Assembly (NCBI GenBank): GCA_043228905.1 | Contig: JBHGNT010000004.1 | Coordinates: 12,648,001-12,712,000 of the forward strand | From: Azolla caroliniana | Lineage: Eukaryota > Plantae > Polypodiophyta | Reading direction: 5' to 3' | Length of the DNA stretch: 64,000 nt | In this document: positions 36,022 through 44,769 of the stretch, piece by piece | How positions within the stretch are numbered: position 1 is the first letter of the stretch | Layout: each line of letters opens with the position of its first letter | The notes under the pieces: generated by a model | The model's input: the letters and a program-made list of their open reading frames with translations, nothing else | What the model was told of the DNA's origin: nothing | Database searches by the model: none | Program-made: the position numbers and the translations under genes

Positions 36022-36074
36022 GACTCGAACCCACAACCTCATACACTAAAGTCAACACACCTACCATTAGGCTA
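36022..36074 (-). promoter_or_regulatory. tRNA-like A/B-box cassette in G3 U3
   Basis: Minus strand TAGCCTAATGGTAGGT ... GTGGGTTCGAGTC, 43 nt apart. Confidence 0.68.
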
Positions 36075-36401
36075 GGCCCTTTCTCTTTAAGATTATGTTT
36101 TCATGTTTATTGTTATTGCATATATTGTTTCATACATAAAAGCTCAAATGAGCGAGATGTTTATCATGCATCACATGTAATGCATGAACGCCAAATGGCG
36201 ATCATGCATCACATGCATTTCATGCACTACATGCATGATTTGTACCCTCCAATGCATCATATGCATGGGGGCACCTATTTAAATGGTGAAAGAGAAGATC
36301 AAAGGGGGATATGTATGAGATATCAATCAAATTATGTATTACATAAGAGATACCATAAAATAGAGAAAGAAAGGAAGAAGTTCAAGAGAAAGGTGGAGCT
36401 C

Positions 36402-36454
36402 TAGCTTGGCGGTCGTGGTGGTCAACTCTCAACAAGAGGGAGGCGGTTCGAGCC
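36402..36454 (+). promoter_or_regulatory. tRNA-like A/B-box cassette downstream of the G3 TATA box (sense)
   Basis: TAGCTTGGCGG at 36402 and GGTTCGAGCC at 36445. Confidence 0.55.
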
Positions 36455-36779
36455 TTATCTTCATTAAAATATTGAAGTGAAGATTGTAGTGGTCGACGAT
36501 CAAGAAAGAGAAGAGCGATTACCTTGCAAGACAAAGTTCGGAGGTTCAACGACGTGAACAACCACTTTTGTAACTCTTTCATCAAATAATTATAAATCTC
36601 TTTTATTGCTTCAAATATCATTCTATATCCTATCTTGTCATATCTTGTTGATCACTATTTATCTATCTCTACTCTTTCGTCTCTTCCGTCCATAATCCCA
36701 GTGATTCCTTCCTCACTTTCACGATATCTTTTGTCTACGCAACGCTACGCTTCTAGGCGAGCCACGCCACGACACAAAT

Positions 36780-36797
36780 TGGTGAACCCGACGTGAA
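36780..36797 (+). promoter_or_regulatory. G3 primer-binding site (tRNA-Trp)
   Basis: TGGTGAACCCGACGTGAA, 5 nt after the LTR. Confidence 0.88.
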
Positions 36798-36841
36798 ACG
36801 GGGAAGTAGAAGAGACATCTAAAGTAAAGATCAACATCAAC

Positions 36842-39016
36842 ATGGCAAGTACGAGTACAATGGATCCGGTAATGTTGTTTATTGAAAAGTTGAATCAAGA
36901 TCGATTATTTCATGCCTTACGAGAAGTCCGAGAGAAGATTGGTATGTTTGATGGCACAAATATTTCGAAGTATGTGAATATATATTATGATGAAATGGAA
37001 ATGTTTGGTATAAATGATGTCAATATGATAGCAAACTTTTATAAATTAGTGGACATGGAATTAAGAGATAGAATTCATGAAATACAAGCATTGCATAGTT
37101 TGGATTGGAATGCATTCAAAGAAGCACTTGTGTCTGAATATGCTCGTGAGGATTTCTCTCGAGTTACTATGCGTTCATTTCATGAATGGATCTTAAAAGA
37201 AGATAAAGGGTTATCTGTGTCTGACACAAAAAGAGAGTTTGATAGGATGTATGGACACCTAAAGCCAGAAGAAAGAAATTCTTTGTCTTGGCAAAAGGTT
37301 GCTTTATTTTTGCAGGCAGTTGACAAGAGATATAGAAAAGAATTGGAATTTATGCTTGAAGTGCCAAATACCGAGGATGGTATAACGACAGATTGGAATG
37401 AGGTAACAAATGCTTGTAATAAATTTATGAAAAGAATGCAAAGGAATGGTGTAATGCTACAAATACCACATGTGGGAAACACAAATCGGCTTGAGCAAAA
37501 CATCGAAGTTCAAAGACTTGGTCGAGAACCATCACACGAAATGGTCCATCAACCACGAGAAATGACGGGAACTAAGAGTGAGTTTTTGCTTGATGATTTA
37601 GTTCAAAGTATGAAAGATCTAACAATTAAAGTGGCAAAGCTTGAGAATGGTCAGACTTCGAGGTCAAGGGAACCATTTCGACCTCGATGCATGTGGTGTG
37701 ATAGTCTCGACCATCGTCTACGTGATTGTGAAGAATATAAAGACATGGAGAATCGAGACTTGGTCTATTGGAAAAATGGTAACATTTACTTAACTGAAAC
37801 TAGATCTCTGCTTACAAAGAACTTTGGTGATGGTGGTGTTAAGGTTAAATTTGAAAAAGCTGAAGCAAAGAAGGCTTCCGCAATGTACTACTCGGCAACG
37901 GCAGGGGTGCGTCTCGATGACATGCCATCCCGATCACCATTCTGGGAGAAGGTTGTAAGTACCGCACAAAAACAAAAGATGAAGATGGAAGACCTTCGTG
38001 TTGCCGGAGATTCTGTGAGGAAAAACACTGGATGGGATGTTCCAGTAGATGTTATGACAGTCTATGCTCAAATGGCAGAACACCAAGAGCATGAGGTGAT
38101 AGTGGAAGAAAAAAGGAAAAGATCGGATGATGAGATTGGCTCAACCAAAAAGCATGAAACAAGAGAAAGCAAAAGAAAAGAGATGGACGCAAAAGTTGAA
38201 AAAGGTAAATCTGGTCCTTCATTCAAATTAATGTCTGATATTGAAAAGGATACAGATTTAAAGAAAGTTTTAGAAACAAGAATACTAGACAGCCGAGTAG
38301 AATTTACACTAAGAGAAGTATTAGGTATTGCAAAAAAGGAATTTCATGATGAAATAATTGATATTGTGCGAAGAAAGAAGCAAGTAAATGAGCAGGTTAA
38401 AGAGACAAATCCGAAGGTGGCATATGAAGTGGTGAGCAACGAGTCAAACAATATTGTTGTTGACTCTCAACATGCATCAACCTCAATGATAAATTCAACA
38501 GATGTAAGAAGCCATTACTCTCTCAAATGTTGGGCAAGAGCCACTACTGAGCATCATGTGAAGATTGGAAATGTTCCAGACCCCGTGATGGCACTTATTG
38601 ATCATGGTTCTGAAATAAATATAATGAGTGCTGATTTTTACAGGAAAGGTAGATGGCCAATTGATACTCAACATGGTTGGCGAGTAAAAGCTGCCACATC
38701 AGTCACGGAAGATTTATTTGGTGCATGCCCAAATGTAAAGGTTACTATTGGTGATATAGAGGTAGATCAACATTTCTTTGTGCAGGAAGGATCTACCTAT
38801 CCAATAATCCTAGGGCAACCATACATTACAGCGGTACGAATGGAGACCAAAGTCCTCGACAATGGTTCTGCCTATGCGAAAATCCGTAGCCAAGATGGAC
38901 GACGAACTGTACAATTTATGACAGTTCGCCCAAATCATGAGAGGAACAAGCAAGAGCTTCGTGATCATTTAATACCAAAAGACTGTGATGATTTTGATAA
39001 TCAGGTTTTTGACTAG
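36842..39016 (+). CDS. gag: Gag-protease polyprotein (724 aa)
   Basis: Capsid-like N-terminus, CMWCDSLDHRLRDC knuckle (DUF4100-like), aspartic protease ALIDHGSEINI..ILGQPY. Confidence 0.93.
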   Translation: MASTSTMDPVMLFIEKLNQDRLFHALREVREKIGMFDGTNISKYVNIYYDEMEMFGINDVNMIANFYKLVDMELRDRIHEIQALHSLDWNAFKEALVSEYAREDFSRVTMRSFHEWILKEDKGLSVSDTKREFDRMYGHLKPEERNSLSWQKVALFLQAVDKRYRKELEFMLEVPNTEDGITTDWNEVTNACNKFMKRMQRNGVMLQIPHVGNTNRLEQNIEVQRLGREPSHEMVHQPREMTGTKSEFLLDDLVQSMKDLTIKVAKLENGQTSRSREPFRPRCMWCDSLDHRLRDCEEYKDMENRDLVYWKNGNIYLTETRSLLTKNFGDGGVKVKFEKAEAKKASAMYYSATAGVRLDDMPSRSPFWEKVVSTAQKQKMKMEDLRVAGDSVRKNTGWDVPVDVMTVYAQMAEHQEHEVIVEEKRKRSDDEIGSTKKHETRESKRKEMDAKVEKGKSGPSFKLMSDIEKDTDLKKVLETRILDSRVEFTLREVLGIAKKEFHDEIIDIVRRKKQVNEQVKETNPKVAYEVVSNESNNIVVDSQHASTSMINSTDVRSHYSLKCWARATTEHHVKIGNVPDPVMALIDHGSEINIMSADFYRKGRWPIDTQHGWRVKAATSVTEDLFGACPNVKVTIGDIEVDQHFFVQEGSTYPIILGQPYITAVRMETKVLDNGSAYAKIRSQDGRRTVQFMTVRPNHERNKQELRDHLIPKDCDDFDNQVFD

Positions 39017-42000
39017 GACTGTTGCGAGTGAGGGTTGCAATAGTCCCATTATTAAAAGACCCTCATATAGGGCATTACAACATATGAATAAGTCATTTCA
39101 TGTTTCTGAAAGTGGTGCTATATGTGTGACTAGGATGTATGAATGCAAGAGGAACTTGAAAAAGAATGCTAATCTGTTTCAGCAGGCATTGAAGGATACT
39201 GGAGTACTTGAAATGGAAGAGCAGATTGAAAGTGTTATGGAAGAAATTTCTTTTGCAAATACTTTAGAAGAGTTAGAAATGTATTTGAAAGAAGATGATG
39301 AGAATGTTAGAAAGATACATGTAAACTCAATTGATATGTATTATGAGATTGATAGGTATAATTGTAAATATGAAGAAGTAGAAAGTTTATGTAATACAAA
39401 ATACAAAACAATAGATAAAAAGGTCAAACCTGCTGCAGTACCATTACCTATTGGTAGTGAAGAGAAGATGGAGGCAGCAGCAACCGAGCCTATGCTTCGA
39501 CCAATAGAGAAGATCGGACATCACTTCACTTCGGAGACAATAAATAACTTGAGAATCGGAAGGGGTGAATTTCTTCTGCAATCAGAGATCGTGACTTTCA
39601 AAGAAATGATCTTTAGGCATGGGAAAGCGTTTGCATTCAAAGCTGAGGAGATTGGTTGTGTAAATCCAAAGGTGGTGACGCCAATGGTAATATTTACTAT
39701 CCCTCATATTCCTTGGAATTTTAAACCTATTGCAGTACCGAGAGCTCGATTACCTCAATTGTTGGAGTTGCTGAAGGATAAAGTCAAGATGAAGATTTTA
39801 GAGCCTTCAAATGCACCATACTCCAATAGATGGTTCACAGTTCCAAAGAAAGATGGTTCTCTAAGATTCATTCAAGATCTACAACCAGTCAACAAAGTCA
39901 CAATCCGAAATGCGGGAATCGGACCGATCGTTGATGAATTTGCGGAAGCGTTTGCTGGCAGAGCGATTTACTCTATGGGAGACCTATATTCAGGATACGA
40001 CCAATTTCAACTAGCAATTGATAGTCGCAATATCACAACAATGAAAACACCAATTGGGTTGGTTCGAATGTGCACTCTACCTCAAGGTGCGACGAATTCG
40101 GTTGCTCATATGATGAATGCAATGAACAAAGTTCTACATGAATACATCCCAAAGGTAACTATGCCATTTTTAGATGATATTCCTATTAAGGGATGCTTAG
40201 AAAGAGAGAAAGATGAGACTATGGTTGGAAATGGTTGCAGAAAGTTTGTGATGGATCACATTAATGACTGTGAAAATATTTTAAATAAGCTTGAGCAGGT
40301 ACATTTGACACTATCAGGAACAAAGTCTTGCTTTGGGCAAAACGAAGTTCTAATAGTTGGTCATATGTGTGGGTGGTATGGGAGGAAGCCTTCACCGATC
40401 AAAATTAACGCAATACAAAATATGAAGGAAGTTTGCGACTCGGTAACAGAGGTGAGAAGATTTTTGGGTGCATGTGTGTTTTATCATATTTGGTTACCAC
40501 ACTTTGCACATGTCTCAGATCCTCTCTACCAACTTTTAAGAAAAGGAAAGAAGTTTATTTGGACTGATGAACATACACAAGTTGTTCAACAGCTGAAAGA
40601 AGCATTACTGAAAGCACCAGTTCTTCGTCAACCAGACTACAAAGGTGAAAGACCAATTATAGTAACAGTTGATACTAGCCCAATCGGGATCGGTTGGGTT
40701 ATCAACCAAGAAGATGAAGACCAACATCGATATGCTATCAGATTTGGAGCAAAGATATTAAATGAAAGACAAAGAAACTATGCACAAGTTAAACGAGAAT
40801 TGTGGGGTTTGCTTACTGCATTAAAAACAGATAGAGATTACTTGATCGGAGCAGATGTAGTGGTTGAAACAGATTGTTTGCCACTCATTGGAATGATAGC
40901 AAGTTGCACGACACCAGATATTGCAATGCTTCGGTGGATTGCATACATCAGAACCATGAACCCAGAATTGCGGCATATAAAGGGAAAAGACAACCCAGTT
41001 GCAGATATGTTGTCAAGGGCAAGGTTCATAAATGAAAAGGTGATGCAAACTGAATATAGGAACTGGGCAACTACAAGCCATCAATTTGCTCATCAAGAAT
41101 CTATTACGCCTCATGATGAGTTTAATGTAAGTATAATGTTCAAAGACACAGAGTATGAAGGTCAATGGTTAGAAATAGGAAATTTTCTAAAGACTCAAGA
41201 AGCCAACCCATCATGGTCGAAGAAACAATTAAATGAATTTCGAAGACGAGCATTCAAGTTTTTTTTACATGAAGGGCATTTATGGAGGCGTCCAAAAAGA
41301 CCAACCGAAAATCCTCTTCGAGTCATTTGTAAGGATGACATTAAGAGAAAATTAATTAATGAATTCCATGATAGTTTGTGGGCAGGACATAGAGGCATAT
41401 GGGCGACATTTATGAAGTTGAAAGAAAAGTATTGGTGGCCACATATGTATAAAGATGTAACGAAATTTGTGGAAACCTGTGAGGTTTGCCAGAGGTATTC
41501 AACTATCCGGTATCGAGATGAGCTAAAACCAACATATTCATCATCAATGCATTATAAATGGATGGTTGATTTAGTGACAATGCCACTTGGGGAAGATCAA
41601 ATGCGATATTTAGTACTAGCAAGAGAAGACCTTACAAACCAAGTAGAAGGAAGACCACTACGACAAAAAACAACTAGAGCTGTATGTAAATTTTTGTTAG
41701 AAGATGTAATATGTCGTTACGGGTGTGTTGGTAAAATAATTGCAGATAGAGGAGAACTCGACTCTGATGAAGCTAGAGAATTCTTCAGCCGAATAGGGGT
41801 CAAATTATCACTTACAACTGCGTATAATCCAGAAGCCAATGGAAAGATTGAAAGAGGACATAGCCCAATAGTTAAGGCGATCGTGAAAAGCTGTAAAGGT
41901 AAAATAAGAGATTGGCCACGCATGCTACCTTATGCACTATGGGCGGATCGAACAACTCATAGTTCAGTAACAGGATACATGCCAGCTGAATTGATACTTG

Positions 42001-42467
42001 GCCAAAAGCCCATCATGCCGATAGAAGAATCAATTATGTCATGGATATCTATTCCATGGAGAGAAGAGGTGAGCAGAGAAGAATTACTTGCTTTGCGAAT
42101 TCAACAATTAGAGCGTCGACCTGAAGATATAGAAATAGCAGCCCAACGATTGAAGGAGGCTCGACTAAAGAATAAAATCCGTTTTGATAAAAGTCATAGA
42201 ATTCGACCTAAGAAAATAGAAGAAGGAGATTGGGTGCTCGTGTACGATAGCAGTTTAGATAATCAACATAGCACCGTCCGCAAGTTCGCTGAAAGATGGT
42301 TTGGGCCTTATATAGTAAGAAAAGTATATGATAACTTTACTTATAAGCTTAGTGAATTGGATGGGACACTAATCCTAAACGTGGTAGCTGGAAAGAGGAT
42401 AAAAGTATTTAAGAAAAGGTTTGAGCTTGAACCTCCTCCGATAGATCAACATGAAGATGAAAGATAG
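38985..42467 (+). CDS. pol: Pol: RT, RNase H and integrase with GPY/F module, no chromodomain (1160-aa frame; true start probably by recoding)
   Basis: LPQGATNS and PFLDD (RT); VDTSPIGIG and NPVADMLSR (RH); H-H-C-C, IIADRGE and NGKIERGH (IN); WFGPY. Confidence 0.95.
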   Translation: MMILIIRFLTRTVASEGCNSPIIKRPSYRALQHMNKSFHVSESGAICVTRMYECKRNLKKNANLFQQALKDTGVLEMEEQIESVMEEISFANTLEELEMYLKEDDENVRKIHVNSIDMYYEIDRYNCKYEEVESLCNTKYKTIDKKVKPAAVPLPIGSEEKMEAAATEPMLRPIEKIGHHFTSETINNLRIGRGEFLLQSEIVTFKEMIFRHGKAFAFKAEEIGCVNPKVVTPMVIFTIPHIPWNFKPIAVPRARLPQLLELLKDKVKMKILEPSNAPYSNRWFTVPKKDGSLRFIQDLQPVNKVTIRNAGIGPIVDEFAEAFAGRAIYSMGDLYSGYDQFQLAIDSRNITTMKTPIGLVRMCTLPQGATNSVAHMMNAMNKVLHEYIPKVTMPFLDDIPIKGCLEREKDETMVGNGCRKFVMDHINDCENILNKLEQVHLTLSGTKSCFGQNEVLIVGHMCGWYGRKPSPIKINAIQNMKEVCDSVTEVRRFLGACVFYHIWLPHFAHVSDPLYQLLRKGKKFIWTDEHTQVVQQLKEALLKAPVLRQPDYKGERPIIVTVDTSPIGIGWVINQEDEDQHRYAIRFGAKILNERQRNYAQVKRELWGLLTALKTDRDYLIGADVVVETDCLPLIGMIASCTTPDIAMLRWIAYIRTMNPELRHIKGKDNPVADMLSRARFINEKVMQTEYRNWATTSHQFAHQESITPHDEFNVSIMFKDTEYEGQWLEIGNFLKTQEANPSWSKKQLNEFRRRAFKFFLHEGHLWRRPKRPTENPLRVICKDDIKRKLINEFHDSLWAGHRGIWATFMKLKEKYWWPHMYKDVTKFVETCEVCQRYSTIRYRDELKPTYSSSMHYKWMVDLVTMPLGEDQMRYLVLAREDLTNQVEGRPLRQKTTRAVCKFLLEDVICRYGCVGKIIADRGELDSDEAREFFSRIGVKLSLTTAYNPEANGKIERGHSPIVKAIVKSCKGKIRDWPRMLPYALWADRTTHSSVTGYMPAELILGQKPIMPIEESIMSWISIPWREEVSREELLALRIQQLERRPEDIEIAAQRLKEARLKNKIRFDKSHRIRPKKIEEGDWVLVYDSSLDNQHSTVRKFAERWFGPYIVRKVYDNFTYKLSELDGTLILNVVAGKRIKVFKKRFELEPPPIDQHEDER

Positions 42468-42507
42468 TGGCACATGCCGGAGGATGTGCAGGTCTAGAGG
42501 GGGTGGA

Positions 42508-43594
42508 TGTCGTGAAGTACGAAAGCTTCACATTAAAAGTCTACAATAAGATAAATACGTAACTAAAATAACATTTGATAATGTTTTATAACAACACATA
42601 TGATAATATTATATATATGTAAAGAAAAAATATATATATATATAGATAAATATATTATATTACACGAACAAGAGAGGACTTGAACCAATAAGCCCACCCT
42701 ATGACTCTCAAATCTTACCATTTACTCTACACTAATAATATTCATAAAATAAAGCATACTTTATATATACTTTATATTACATAAAGGATTTGCTTCATGA
42801 TATAAAAATAAAGTTGCATGTTGTATTCAATAGTATTTTGAGACTCGAACCCACAACCTCATACACTAAAGTCAACACACCTACCATTAGGCTAGGCCCT
42901 TTCTCTTTAAGATTATGTTTTCATGTTTATTGTTATTGCATATATTGTTTCATACATAAAAGCTCAAATGAGCGAGATGTTTATCATGCATCACATGTAA
43001 TGCATGAACGCCAAATGGCGATCATGCATCACATGCATTTCATGCACTACATGCATGATTTGTACCCTCCAATGCATCATATGCATGGGGGCACCTATTT
43101 AAATGGTGAAAGAGAAGATCAAAGGGGGATATGTATGAGATATCAATCAAATTATGTATTACATAAGAGATACCATAAAATAGAGAAAGAAAGGAAGAAG
43201 TTCAAGAGAAAGGTGGAGCTCTAGCTTGGCGGTCGTGGTGGTCAACTCTCAACAAGAGGGAGGCGGTTCGAGCCTTATCTTCATTAAAATATTGAAGTGA
43301 AGATTGTAGTGGTCGACGATCAAGAAAGAGAAGAGCGATTACCTTGCAAGACAAAGTTCGGAGGTTCAACGACGTGAACAACCACTTTTGTAACTCTTTC
43401 ATCAAATAATTATAAATCTCTTTTATTGCTTCAAATATCATTCTATATCCTATCTTGTCATATCTTGTTGATCACTATTTATCTATCTCTACTCTTTCGT
43501 CTCTTCCGTCCATAATCCCAGTGATTCCTTCCTCACTTTCACGATATCTTTTGTCTACGCAACGCTACGCTTCTAGGCGAGCCACGCCACGACA
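42508..43594 (+). repeat. G3 3' LTR
   Basis: Identical by eye to 35688-36774; the ORF-track translations are also identical. Confidence 0.97.
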
Positions 43595-43598
43595 ACGC

Positions 43599-44769
43599 TC
43601 TTCATCTGGTCCGGTCCCGTTTGCCGTGACCCTTCTGATTTTGCGCATCTCGACCTCCCCGATCGGCTTGTCTGCTGCTCAACAGGCCCAATTCAGCTCC
43701 CTCGCTGCTGTGACTTCGGCGCTTGGCGATTCGCTGATTCCTTCATGTTGGCGTCGACTTTTGCTGCCTTCTCGTCCTCTTGGCCTTGACATGATCCAGT
43801 TCTTCCGAATCCGTTTGTTGAACCGAATCGGCTGTCTCTGATTCGTTCCAACTCTTGTCCGAATCGGTCGCTCCCGATTTGTCTTCCGGTTCCAGGCCCT
43901 TCACCACATCGAATCATGTCCGGGTCTTGGCCTTCTTCTTCTGGTCAGCTCTGTCCTTCTTGCCTCTACCACCGTTGCTGCTTGCTCCGACTTGTTCGGA
44001 TGTGTTGACTGCTTTTGACGACTCGGTTCCTTTCTTCTTCTTGTTTCTCCCTTTGTCGGTTCTTCCCTCACTGGCGCAATCGACAGTCTCTTTGCCTGTG
44101 CTCGTTCCGGTGTCTTTGCCAGTTCTCCCCCTCTAGTGTGTCACATCAAGATGCTGAACACCAAGCATTTAAGTGAAGTGTTGCAACTTGTCCGATCCGA
44201 GCGGTTTGGTGAAGATGTCGGCAACTTGCCGATCCGTATGAACATACTGAAGCTCGACTTCACCGCTCAGGACACGCTCATGCACGAAGTGGTAGTGCAC
44301 CTCTATGTGCTTTGTGGGAGCATGGAATATGGGGTTCTTGGCGAGCTGCATCCTGCTTATGTTGTCGTAGTAGATTAGGATCGGGGTTGGCACCGCGATC
44401 CGCAGGTCTTGCAGTAGTCGCCGAAGCCAAATGGCTTCACAGGTGGCAATGGTAGCGCCTCGGTATTCAGCCTCAGTGCTCCAAAGAGCCACTGTTGGCT
44501 GCTTTTTGCTCCTCCACGCAACAACCGCACTACCGAGGGAAAACATATAGCTAGAGGTGGATCGACGATCCGATGCGTTGCCGGCCCAGTCGGCATCGGT
44601 GTAGCCGACTAGCTCTTCGGTTATACCATGCCGGTATAACAGTCCCCGTTCCTTCGTGCCGCTCACATATCGCAAAATTCGATGCGTGCATATAAGGTGC
44701 TCCACGGTTGGCTGCTGCATATATTGGTTGATCACGCCGACTGGATAACTGATGTCAGGTCGGGTGATT
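43599..44769 (-). pseudogene. pol: Copia-B3 RNase H plus charged C-terminal extension
   Basis: DADWAG, STEAEYR, KHIEVHYHF, DIFTKPL, followed by an in-frame K/E/S-rich tail. Confidence 0.88.

Larger units (their letters stand above)
35688..36774 (+). repeat. G3 5' LTR
   Basis: TGTCGTG..CACGACA termini; repeated at offset +6820. Confidence 0.97.
35688..43594 (+). mobile_element. G3: intact, very recent Ty3/gypsy non-chromovirus (Phygy/DUF4100-like)
   Basis: 1087-bp LTRs 35688-36774 and 42508-43594 look identical. 4-bp TSD ACGC. Trp PBS 36780-36797. PPT 42496-42507. Two uninterrupted ORFs. Confidence 0.97.

Noticed and set aside
35970-36404. His/Met-rich 144-aa ORF duplicated at 42790-43224
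   Set aside because: It lies within the LTRs; the composition comes from CATGCA motifs and it starts at TTG.
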